64,000 nucleotides of DNA from an uncultured delta proteobacterium (GTDB lineage: Bacteria; Desulfobacterota; Desulfomonilia; UBA1062). Every line of letters starts with the position of its first letter. Positions within the stretch are counted from its first letter, which is position 1. The notes beneath the pieces are model-generated. The model saw nothing but the letters and a program-made list of their open reading frames with translations, ran no database searches and was not told the DNA's origin. Positions 20,037 through 30,062 of the stretch are shown in pieces. A program made the position numbers and the translations under genes. Location: contig CAVVYZ010000001.1 of the NCBI GenBank assembly GCA_963752595.1, positions 224,001 to 288,000 of the forward strand, in the 5' to 3' direction.

Positions 20037-20795
20037 TCACCCGTTACAGCAGGAACGTACCCCGCCGACAGGGCCTTGTTCGAGGATTTCTCCCCTGCGG
20101 CTGATGGTGATGTGTCTGACCGGGAGGTCTGCTCCGGCCTTCTGCACCGCTGTCCGGGCGGCCCGGACGAATGCGCTGCAGCAGGGCACTTCCATATGCA
20201 CAACGGTCAGGCTCCTGATCCCGCTCAAACGGATGATCCGGGTGAGCTTCTCGACATGGGCGTCTAAATCATCGAGCTTGGGGCACCCCATGGCAACGGC
20301 CTTGCCTTTGATCAGGTTCTGGTGAACGCCCGGGTAGCACAGGGCACAGCAGTCGGCCATGAGCAGGAGATCCATACCATTGAGGAAAGGTGCCTGGGGG
20401 TGGAGCAGCTGCAGCTTTACCGGGAAATGGGAGAGGTTCGATCTGAACGTCGCCGGCTCTTCCGGGGCGTCATCCTTCTCGAACGCCATGGCCGCGGTAC
20501 CGGGGCATCCGCAGGGGAGCGGCTCAAGGACCTTGGGGTTGCGGTTTTTTCCCAGGTGTTTTTCGACTTCCTGCTCGTCGAACTCAGGCGCTTCGCGTTC
20601 GATGACCTTCAATGCCCCTGTCGGGCAGTCGCCGAGACAGGCCCCGAGGCCGTCACAGTACACATCGCTCACGAGCCTTGCCTTGCCGTCCACCATCCGG
20701 AGAGCCCCTTCGGCACAGGCAGTGATGCAGCTCCCGCAGCCGTTGCACAAGTCTTCGTTTATCTCGATTATCTTTCTCTTCATTGTCTTCTCCAT
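20037..20795 (-). CDS. 4Fe-4S ferredoxin-domain protein typically encoded with hcp
   Basis: CNGCGSCITAC, CDGLGACLGDCP, CGCPG, ADC, GCPKLD, MEVPCC. Confidence 0.9.
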   Translation of the reverse strand: MEKTMKRKIIEINEDLCNGCGSCITACAEGALRMVDGKARLVSDVYCDGLGACLGDCPTGALKVIEREAPEFDEQEVEKHLGKNRNPKVLEPLPCGCPGTAAMAFEKDDAPEEPATFRSNLSHFPVKLQLLHPQAPFLNGMDLLLMADCCALCYPGVHQNLIKGKAVAMGCPKLDDLDAHVEKLTRIIRLSGIRSLTVVHMEVPCCSAFVRAARTAVQKAGADLPVRHITISRRGEILEQGPVGGVRSCCNG

Positions 20796-20867
20796 ACTTT
20801 TTTCATGATGCCCTCTCCCCCGGCCCGCTTTGCGGGTGCCTTCGGGGAGAGGGCAGGGCGAGGATAA

Positions 20868-22497
20868 TTATCTTCCTTCCCTGATGGCTGCGATATCGCC
20901 TGCAACGTCACCAATGGGCTTGATGTCGAAGGTATCGACGAGCACCTTTGCGACGTTCGGCGAGAGGAAGCCGGGGAGCGTTGGTCCGAGGCGGATGTGC
21001 TTGACGCCCAGAGACAGCAGGGCCAGCAGCACGGCCACGGCCTTCTGCTCGTACCACCCGATGTTAAAGGAGATGGGCAGGTCGTTGATGTCTTCGAGGC
21101 CGAAGACCTCCTTGAGCTTCAGGGCGATGACCGCAAGCGAATAGGAGTCGTTGCACTGGCCTGCATCGAGCACCCGGGGGATGCCGCCGATGTCGCCCGG
21201 ATTGAGCTTGTTGTAGCGGTACTTGGCGCAGCCCGGCGGTAAGGATGACCGTATCTTCCGGCAGGTCTTCCGCCACTTCGGTGAAGTAGCTCCGGGCCTT
21301 GAACCTGCCGTCGCAGCCGGCCATGACCACGAAGCGCTTGATGGCGCCGCTCTTGACCGCCTCCACGACCTTGTCCGCCAGCTTCATGACCTGGTCATGG
21401 GCAAAGCCGCCGACGATCTCGCCCCGTTCGATCTCCACAGGGGGGCGGACTGCTTCGCCAGCGCGATGATCTCCGAGAAGTCCTTTGGTCTTGCCGTCCG
21501 CAGGCTCCGGGATGTGCTTTACGCCGGGGTATCCCACCTGGCCGGTGGTGAAGATGCGGTCCTTGTAGGAATCCTTCGGCGGGATGATGCAGTTTGTCGT
21601 CATGAGGATCGGTCCGCCGAACTGCTCGAACTCTTCGTTCTGCTTCCACCAGGCGTTGCCGTAGTTGCCGACAGATGATCGTATTTCTTGAAGGCCGGGT
21701 AATAATTGGCCGGCAGCATTTCGCTGTGGGTGTAGACATCGACGCCTGTACCGTCGGTCTGCTTCAGGAGCTCTTCCAAGTCTTTCAGATCGTGGCCGGA
21801 AATAAGAATGCCCGGGTTCCCGCGCACGCCGATGTTCACCTTCGTGATTTCGGGTTTGCCGTAGGTTTCGGTATTGGCCTTGTCGAGCAGGGCCATGGTC
21901 TGTCACTGCCGTCCGGCCGCACTCCATGACCAGGCCGACGAGTTCGTCTGAGCCTAAGTCCTTTGTCGTAGCTTCGAGTCCTTTGAACAGGAACTCATAG
22001 ATCGCCGGGTCCTCATAACCGAGGATGGATGCGTGGTCTGCATAGGCGGACACGCCCTTGAGGCCGAAGATGAGCAGCGAACGTAAAGAGCGGACGTCCT
22101 CATTCTCCGTGGAAAGGATGCCCACCGAGAGAGCTTTCTGCCTGAACTCGTTCTCGTCATCCGAGAACCACACGGAAGCATCGGGCGCGGTAATGTTCAA
22201 GCCCGCCGATTTCTTCAGCCCCTCTTTAAGCTTCAGAGATTCCCGGATCAGGTCAATGATCCTCTCGCTGTTGAAATTCACATTCGTAATGGTTGCGAAC
22301 ATGGCCCGGATCGTGAACCGGCCGAGCTCTTTAATATCAGCCTTTCCTTTTGCCCGGTTTACGCAGACAGCCAATCCTTTGAGCGTAAACAGGAGCAGAT
22401 CCTGAAGATTGGCGGTATCCTCTGTTTTTCCACAAACCCCCTTTACGGTGCAGCAGGAATTTTTGGCTGTTTCCTGGCATTGGTGACAGAACATCAT
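20868..22497 (-). CDS. hcp: Hybrid cluster protein (hydroxylamine/NO reductase); several frameshifts
   Basis: [10 protein letters not shown]...[50 protein letters not shown] across joined ORFs. Confidence 0.95.
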
Positions 22498-22553
22498 GAC
22501 TTCCTCCTTTTGATTTGATATGAGGGAAATAGCATCTCCATTGAGATGAATAA

Positions 22554-22567
22554 TTGACTTAGGTCAA
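22554..22567. promoter_or_regulatory. Crp/Fnr-type palindrome between hcp and its divergent regulator
   Basis: TTGACTTAGGTCAA (TTGAC-N4-GTCAA), FNR/DNR/HcpR-like geometry. Confidence 0.75.
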
Positions 22568-22613
22568 ATGTCAAAAAATTATAAAATTATTGTAATCCAA
22601 AAGGGATGGCACG

Positions 22614-23288
22614 ATGAAGCTTGCGGAAATCATAAAGAATGCCTTTCCGTCATTGAGCGCGCAATCGGTGGACATGATCGCCCGGTACTGCCGCCTCGTG
22701 CAATACCCGAAGAACGAGATCCTCTTTCTCGAAGGAGACAAGGGGAATAACTTCTACTACCTGGCAGAGGGCACAATAAAGATCTTTAAAACATCGCCCT
22801 CGGGACAGGAAACGGTCTTGCGGCTCCAGGGGCCGGGCTCCATTTTCGCCGAGGTGATCCTGTTCGAGAAGGACGAGTACCCGGTCAGCGCGGCAGCCAT
22901 GGCGCAGTCCCTGGTGGTTCACATCCCGCGGGAGCACTTCCTGAAGCTCCTCGACGAGAGCCGCTTCCGCAACGAATTCATTGCCACCCTCATGCACAAG
23001 CAGCGCTACCTCACGGACCGTATCATGTACCTCACGAGCTTAGACGTGGAGGAGCGCTTCTTCCGGTTTCTCATCGAGCATTACGGCATCAGATGCGACT
23101 ACACCTTAGACCTTTCGAAAAAGGATATTGCCTCGGCCATCGGCACCATCCCCGAAACCCTGTCCCGCCTGTTCGACCGGCTCAGGAGCAGGGGAGTCAT
23201 TTCCTGGGAATCAGGGGTGCTCAAGCTCAGGAAGGACTATCTGGAGCAGTTTACGGCAGACAGCCTGCCGGATATCCCGGACGACTGA
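22614..23288 (+). CDS. Crp/Fnr family regulator (HcpR/DNR-like)
   Basis: cNMP-type domain (LFLEGD, GSIFAE, YPVSA) plus HTH IASAIGTIPETLSR; divergent from hcp. Confidence 0.9.
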   Translation: MKLAEIIKNAFPSLSAQSVDMIARYCRLVQYPKNEILFLEGDKGNNFYYLAEGTIKIFKTSPSGQETVLRLQGPGSIFAEVILFEKDEYPVSAAAMAQSLVVHIPREHFLKLLDESRFRNEFIATLMHKQRYLTDRIMYLTSLDVEERFFRFLIEHYGIRCDYTLDLSKKDIASAIGTIPETLSRLFDRLRSRGVISWESGVLKLRKDYLEQFTADSLPDIPDD

Positions 23289-24107
23289 TCACTTCTGAAG
23301 CAGTTCCGGCCGGTACTCGAAGTGCATGGCATCGTAGCTGTGCCAGCGGCCGCCCCAGATGAAGCCGTTTCTCTCGAAGATGTCCACCAGGAACTGCGGA
23401 ACGTTGTTCCGGTAGCAGTACGGCTCGTCCCGGTGAGAGCCGGCGAAGTAGAAAAGATCGCCGTTGATATCCACCGCGATCCCGTAGGCATGCCCCGAGG
23501 TGCGGTTCGGATAGTCGCGCACCGGCCTTTCAAAATACCCGTAAGGCCCTTCGACATCGAAAACAACATCTTCCAGGCTTTTCTTCATTTCATCGGGGAG
23601 GTTCATGATTTCACAGGCTACCCGTTCCAGTGCCTTGTCTACGCCGTTGACCGCAGTTACCCTGATCGTTTTCGGCTTTCCGTTCGCAGAGCCGACCCAC
23701 TGCACGCTTCTCATATTCTTGCTCCGGTGTGTACCGGGCGGCCCGTACATATAATTGAATATTACCGCAGGACGGATGCGCCCCGGATCACCTGCAGGAG
23801 GCCTTTCTTCCGTGGGGATGGGTTCGCCTGCCCCGTAGTCCCAATAAAAGACATCCTCCGGGTCGAATGTCTCATCACCGATCGAGCCGTCCACGATCAA
23901 CCGGTCGAAATTTTTCTGCCTCAGATCATCGAGTAAAAACTTTTCGCCGGTCTTTGCGAGGAGGCACCCATCCTCATACGCAGTGAAGAAGTCAGGGTAA
24001 GCCCTGATATACCGCTCGGCTTCGGAGGCATTGTCGCCGGACGAAAAAGCTTCCGTACAGCCCCACCAAAGCAGTAACACCAGAATCAAGCCGATCTTTC
24101 CGAGCAA
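23289..24107 (-). CDS. Exported M15 family metallopeptidase
   Basis: Signal peptide; SGHAYGIAVDIN and GFIWGGRW..YDAMHFEYRPEL. Confidence 0.88.
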   Translation of the reverse strand: MLGKIGLILVLLLWWGCTEAFSSGDNASEAERYIRAYPDFFTAYEDGCLLAKTGEKFLLDDLRQKNFDRLIVDGSIGDETFDPEDVFYWDYGAGEPIPTEERPPAGDPGRIRPAVIFNYMYGPPGTHRSKNMRSVQWVGSANGKPKTIRVTAVNGVDKALERVACEIMNLPDEMKKSLEDVVFDVEGPYGYFERPVRDYPNRTSGHAYGIAVDINGDLFYFAGSHRDEPYCYRNNVPQFLVDIFERNGFIWGGRWHSYDAMHFEYRPELLQK

Positions 24108-24215
24108 ATCTGTTTCCTTTCTTTCTTAGGATACAGCATCGGCAGGGAATCAAAAAGCCTTCTTTTATTGGATACAATTCCGAAACCATGTCCTTCTCCG
24201 GCATGGAAGGTTTGC

Positions 24216-26915
24216 TCAGCAAGAGGTGGATATAGATTTATACTTTCTAAAGCTTTTTACAAGCCCTTGAAAACTGTCAGGTCTGTATCGTTCAAAATCC
24301 TCTTCATCAACGAATACAAAGTCGAATGTATGCTTCGATTGAGCTTTGTTGATGTCTTCGCACCACCTTTTCAACCGTTCTATTTTTAGCGGCACATCGA
24401 GGTCTTCAACTCCTTTTGTCTCTATAATGAAGATTTCTTTTTCCCCGGTTTTTACAATGAAGTCGGGATAATAATTGGATATATCACCATTGGCATTCAC
24501 ATAGTCGATCCTGAAGTGAATATTATAATAATTCTTAACATATGTGATGATATCAGGACATCTCTCAAGGAAAGATGCAAAGAGAAGCTCCAGGCGGCTG
24601 TCACCTATGATCTTGTTGAACGGGCTTTTCTGTGGAATGAGGAATCCCTGGTCTTTGGCAACAAAGGGGCGCGTCTGTTTTATCTTGATATAGTCTTTGA
24701 TCTCTGCGCTTCCTTTATCAAGCACGGTCAATTCATTGATCTTCTTTTTGAAAGTTTGAATAATAGTTTTTGTAGCCTCGATCTCAGAAAGGTTCCTAAG
24801 TGTGTTCAAATCATCTATATCAATCTGCTTGTTGAATAGACGGATACTGATAAACTCTTTCACCTTGCCGTAGAGGATGTCATACCCACTCACCAGACGA
24901 AGATCCTTCATGATAAGCTGGGTAAAATATCCAATCACACTACGGTAATCGGTAACTGCGCTTGAATCGAGATAGGTTGTGTGGTTAATCTCCCCGGTAG
25001 TAATATCCTTGAAGATAATCTCCCGTTGTTCTTCTATAGAGAATTGCCGGTACTCAATCCGCTGAGTACCAAATTGTGAAGGTTTGAGTTCTTCAAGATT
25101 TTTATATTCTCTGTAAATACGTGGTGTCATAACGGGGATCTCTAAATCTAATTTGTCGAGATCCTTCTTGGTATTCTCTTTATCAATTTCAATGATAATT
25201 GGCGTTTTGGGTGCTGTGCCTTCTCCCATAGGCCTGCGTTCCAGCTCTACGCCCTCACTCTTTATGGACTCAACAAAATCCATGAAGGCATCTGTTCCCA
25301 CTACACTCACATATTCAGTGGTATCAGTGCCGGGATACATGCGCCGGAGTCCCCTGCCAAGTGTCTGTTCAGGAAGGATATTGCTTTGAGCTGCATATGC
25401 TCGAAGACCTACAATGGTCGTCACATTACGTACATCCCATCCTTCTTTTAACATCAAAACAGAAACAATGACCTTGCAAGTGCTTTCCCATGAGTCTATC
25501 CGGTTGGCCTCTTTCCTCAGCTGCTCGAGGTCTTCCTTATCCTTCTTTGTGTCAGCTTCAGAAATCTCGCCGTTATTTTTCGTGTGGATCACCAGTACTG
25601 AGTCTTGGAATTCGGGGTATGAGCTTTTCAGGTATTCTGCAACGTCATCACAATTTTTTGTATCATCGGTCATAATGAATAATACAGCCTTCTTGCCGAG
25701 CTTCTCATGTTCAGCATAGGCTTTCCGCCATTCTTCAATCCCTAATGCGATGTAATCGGAATATCTCTCTGTGTAACGGGAACTCTGCCGCTCTGCGAGC
25801 TTCGCTCGGCTTGCTGAATCCGGCAGTACGGGGTGCTTCACCACATTCTGGTGGATTGCCTCCACCAGGGGGTAATCACAAACAGTCTGTACAAAGATAG
25901 CTCCATTGTTGTGTTTGGGTGTGGCAGTGAAATCCACCTGAAGAGAAAGGAAATGATCTTTCTGTTTCAAGCGATTATGGATATCTTCAATTGATTTAAA
26001 CCACGCCAGCCGGCGATCATGAATATGATGTGCTTCATCATTGATAACTATGAGTTCATCAATCTCGCGAACAATAATGCCAAGATCTATCTTTGAGTCG
26101 TTGGTTTTTCCTGCAGGCCGTTTGCCGAGGAAATAATCTTCAAGATTATCATCATCAAAGCTTGGTTCTATCTCATTGCCTGCATATACACGATGGATGT
26201 TGGTGAGGAAGATATTCCCGGTTTTTCTTATGATGGATACATCATCCTGGATATGTAGAGTAATTTGAAAATTGTCCTGCCAATTACACCCTGCATAACC
26301 GTTATCGGGTAGAAGAGGATCACTAAAGAAGATTTTCAGGCCGTCAAAATCGGTTCTTAGCCGATCAAGAACGATTATATTCGGTGCAATGAGAAGAAAA
26401 TTCGTTGAGAGCTGTGAATCCGGCTCATAGATCTTATGGAAATAGCACCAGGTAATGAGCAGACTCATCACCTTTGTTTTTCCACTGCCGGTTGCCATCT
26501 TGATGACGAATCTTAGCCATTCCTCATCAAACATGCCGGATGATACTGCTCCTGAGGAATCATAGCGGAGCAGGTCGTACTTGTCATTTATTTGTGCAAC
26601 CTCATAAAGATAGATGACCGTCTCGATGGCCTCTTGCTGGGCAAAGTAATATCTGAACTCTAATAAACTCTTATCAGCTTTAGGGAGGATGTGCTCGGTA
26701 TTAAACCACCAGTTCAGAAGTGCTTTGCTGGTGTCGGATGCTCCATCATATCTCCTGTCTCGCCAGTCTTTGACTTCTCTACGAATCTTGTGAACCAAGG
26801 GGGGGAGCAGTTTCTCATAACTCGTTTCCCGTAAGGCTTCATCTGCCGGGAACCAACGATTATCAGGGTCGAGAATAGAATGGGGTGAGGTTGGAAAATC
26901 AGGATGTATAGCCAC
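24216..26915 (-). CDS. res: Type III restriction endonuclease Res subunit
   Basis: MATGSGKT, DEAHH, FTATP, LKEGWDV, EQTLGRGLR helicase motifs and C-terminal YYPDF..IETKG PD-(D/E)XK nuclease; GTG start. Confidence 0.92.
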   Translation of the reverse strand: MAIHPDFPTSPHSILDPDNRWFPADEALRETSYEKLLPPLVHKIRREVKDWRDRRYDGASDTSKALLNWWFNTEHILPKADKSLLEFRYYFAQQEAIETVIYLYEVAQINDKYDLLRYDSSGAVSSGMFDEEWLRFVIKMATGSGKTKVMSLLITWCYFHKIYEPDSQLSTNFLLIAPNIIVLDRLRTDFDGLKIFFSDPLLPDNGYAGCNWQDNFQITLHIQDDVSIIRKTGNIFLTNIHRVYAGNEIEPSFDDDNLEDYFLGKRPAGKTNDSKIDLGIIVREIDELIVINDEAHHIHDRRLAWFKSIEDIHNRLKQKDHFLSLQVDFTATPKHNNGAIFVQTVCDYPLVEAIHQNVVKHPVLPDSASRAKLAERQSSRYTERYSDYIALGIEEWRKAYAEHEKLGKKAVLFIMTDDTKNCDDVAEYLKSSYPEFQDSVLVIHTKNNGEISEADTKKDKEDLEQLRKEANRIDSWESTCKVIVSVLMLKEGWDVRNVTTIVGLRAYAAQSNILPEQTLGRGLRRMYPGTDTTEYVSVVGTDAFMDFVESIKSEGVELERRPMGEGTAPKTPIIIEIDKENTKKDLDKLDLEIPVMTPRIYREYKNLEELKPSQFGTQRIEYRQFSIEEQREIIFKDITTGEINHTTYLDSSAVTDYRSVIGYFTQLIMKDLRLVSGYDILYGKVKEFISIRLFNKQIDIDDLNTLRNLSEIEATKTIIQTFKKKINELTVLDKGSAEIKDYIKIKQTRPFVAKDQGFLIPQKSPFNKIIGDSRLELLFASFLERCPDIITYVKNYYNIHFRIDYVNANGDISNYYPDFIVKTGEKEIFIIETKGVEDLDVPLKIERLKRWCEDINKAQSKHTFDFVFVDEEDFERYRPDSFQGLVKSFRKYKSISTSC

Positions 26916-27286
26916 TAAGAGAGATCCTCCAGCATTTTTCCGATCACGATACCAACCTCAGGGATTTTCTCTTTGCAGGTATAAAAGACAGCCTCTGCAT
27001 TCACATCAGCATAATTATGGGTGAGGATGTCTCTCATGCCTTTGGCCTTTTTCCATTCAATTTGCGGATAGCGTGGGAGGAGTTCACCCCCTGTAATTTT
27101 ATCCAGGTTCTTGAGTGATTCACCAATGACGATCAGCATCATGCATATGGCGTCCATCTTTTCTAAACCTTCGGGGCTGTCGGTAAAATCGGATACATTG
27201 CGGATTGATTGAAAACGGTAGGATATTTTCTCTATTGCCGTCTCAATCTGCCTCAATACCTCCAATACAAGCTCCATGTCAGACAT
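26915..27286 (-). CDS. HepT-like HEPN ribonuclease toxin (DUF86)
   Basis: IGESLK, IEWK, GMRDILTHNY (Rx4HxY). Confidence 0.9.
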   Translation of the reverse strand: MSDMELVLEVLRQIETAIEKISYRFQSIRNVSDFTDSPEGLEKMDAICMMLIVIGESLKNLDKITGGELLPRYPQIEWKKAKGMRDILTHNYADVNAEAVFYTCKEKIPEVGIVIGKMLEDLS

Positions 27287-27572
27287 ACACAGCCTCTCGG
27301 TCGATTCTCTTTTTCAGGTATTGATTCATGGCATCCCGGTAGGTCACAATATCAACAGGTCTATGGAGCCTTTCTTCAAGATCATTTTTTATACCTGCAA
27401 GCATGAACAGCTCCGGTTTCTCAAGACGGACAACCACATCTACGTCACTGTTTTCAGTTGCCTCATCACGGGCTACGGATCCGAATATCCCTAAGGCGAT
27501 AATTCCATACAGACCGGCACACTGATCTTTGAATTCACGCAGCACGCTTATAATCTCATTTCTGCTCATCAT
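27279..27572 (-). CDS. MntA-like minimal nucleotidyltransferase antitoxin
   Basis: FGSVARDEATENSDVDVVV (GS-x10-DxD), VDIV. Confidence 0.9.
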   Translation of the reverse strand: MMSRNEIISVLREFKDQCAGLYGIIALGIFGSVARDEATENSDVDVVVRLEKPELFMLAGIKNDLEERLHRPVDIVTYRDAMNQYLKKRIDREAVYV

Positions 27573-29711
27573 GTGTCTCCTGTGTGTATGTCGATAATTT
27601 TCATAGTGTCATTGCCGAAGATGTCTACTACCTTGACCGCAATCTTGACTCGTCCGGGCTTGCATTCATGAAATGGGGTCTTCAGCTCCAGGGATCGATC
27701 TTTCTTGGTTCTGAAACTTTGCCACTCATTCTCAAAGATGAAGTCTCCGGTCCATATCTCTTCCATCTCGCCTGTCGCCTCGTTCTTTGCCCGTACTATT
27801 TCTCGTTTTGATTCGAAATTGAAATCAACGCTCCAGTAATCGATCCAATCAGTCCATTTCTTTGTGAGGATTTCCTTTTTTACAATGCCTTCTTTATCCT
27901 TGATGATTTTCATGATCTTGCCTTGTTCCACAATGATTTTACCGGAGCCGTTTTTCAGGCCTTCGGCTACATTGTCAACCGAGTCCTGAGAATAATATAC
28001 CGAAAAATCGGTCAGTTCCACAGCTACTGCACCTTTCTTCACATGCGGCTTTACCTCAATGTATGAAACATCATGGAAGGCTATCTGGTTTTTTTCCACT
28101 GCCCGTTTGTCGAAAACATCTCGCGGGATGTATTTCAGCGCCAGGTCAATGCCTTTGGCTTTTGCTTCTTCCTGAATGTTGGGGAACAACCCCATCTCAA
28201 ATTCGAAAGCAAGGATATCTACGCGGGATATCCGTTTTTCTCTGCATTCGAGGATAACTTCCTCAACGAAAAGTCTGGTAACGGGCAGGTTGATAGGCCC
28301 CACGGCGACTAGCCTGCCTGCCTTCTTGCCATGGAAGCACTTGAAGTTTTCCACCGGCTCGGCCCGATAGGCATGCAGAATAAGGCTGATGAAATCCTTT
28401 TCCTTCTGTTCGAACTGTTTCTGTTTTTCCTCTATCCCTTAGGTTCATATTCACACCGATGAAGTGTGCACGTTCATACTTGCCAAGGTTAAGGATCTCA
28501 AAGGCTCTGAAGTCCTTACCCAGTTCTTTCAGCTGGCGTTGTACACCTATCATGCGTTTACGTGTAGTATGAATAGAGAACTTGCCTAGGTCTGTCCCGA
28601 TCCATTTACGACCGAGATTTTCTGCTATTGATAGAGTTGTCCCTGAACCGCAGAAGAAATCAGCGATGATATCATTTTCGTTAGATGAGGCCTTAATAAT
28701 ACGTTCAAGGAGGATCTCTGGTTTCTGGGTAGGATACCCTAATGCTTCTTTGGCTGAATTATTTATTTTATCCAAATTCCAGACATCATCAACTACAACA
28801 CCCTGATCCATAACTTCATCAAGATATCTTTCTATCCTTTGGCCTCCTTCTGCATCAGATAGAACATATTCTCTTCCATTATTATCAATCTCTGACTTTC
28901 TGTTTTCTTGCTTTTACATATGCTTCTTTTGATTCCCATGGTTGAAAATAAGAATGAAAGATAGGACTTGAGCTTTTCGAGTAAAAAAATATTGTATCGT
29001 GACGACATTCAAAAGAAGATCTTAACTTTTTATTCCAACCGCTATAATGCCAAGATATTGAATTATTAAACATCTCTTTACCGAATACTTCATCCATAGC
29101 CAAGCGAATGTACCCATTAACTCTCCAATCACAATGTAAGTAAATGCTCCCATCCTCTGCAAGGAGATCTCTCATGAGTACAATTCTCTCATAGATCATT
29201 GCAATGAAGCTGTCGGCACCCTTGCCCCATGTATCGCGATAGGCTAGTTCTTCAAGCACATTTGGGCTTCTTGGTGAAAGTCTCATCGCCGATCTCGATG
29301 TCCATTGAAAAATCAGCGCCCACATCAAACGGTGGATCAATATAGATGAGCTTGATCCCTCCGTTTTTATCAATCTCATCTCTCATAGGACCGTTCTTAG
29401 GCTGGAGAGGATAAGTTTGTTGTCACCCCAGATGAGCTTATTCGTCCATCCGGTCTTCTGCCTTCCTCTTTCATCGAACAGAAACGTTTGTGCCATCGTA
29501 TCCTTTGGCTTTTCAGCCCTAGGCTCATCCACCTGCTCTATCACCTGAAACGGCAGAACTATATTACATACCTCATTGGTCTTGCCGTTCCAGACTAATT
29601 CAACCTCGCGCTTGTCGTCAAAAAGGAGAAAACGATATTTATCAGGTAGAGGCTTGTCTGCTTCGATAGAACTTAAAGATTTCACGTTTTTCATTATCAG
29701 CTCAGCTTCAT
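27569..29711 (-). CDS. mod: Type III R-M DNA adenine methyltransferase Mod; multiple frameshifts
   Basis: Fragments give EADKPLPDKYRFLL, NKLIWGDNK, IYIDPPF, AYRDTWG, YPTQKPE, DFFCGSGTT, VKVVDIFGNDT; reconstructed start at 29711. Confidence 0.88.
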
Positions 29712-30062
29712 TCCTGCCTCTGTGGAGTAGTCTTTCTGTTATTTCCGATTCTAGAAAGCCCAAGATGTCCGGATCGTACTGACGATATAACGAGCATACC
29801 AAATAAAAAGGCTTCCTCTCATAACATTTCGCATTTCTGCCACGCTTCAAATTCGGCGTTTATGATGTACTATATACCTCAAATTGCTTAGGAAGTATAG
29901 GATGCCTTAATCAGGTCAATGCAACTAAGGCAAAATGGTGAGTAAAAATATCAGCCGGATACCCATGGCTCAACTTCTTCTCCGGACCTGTTCATTTTAA
30001 ATTAAGGATCACCTGCATCTGTGGGCATTGACAGCTTCCCGTCGGAAAGATAGAGGAAAGGC

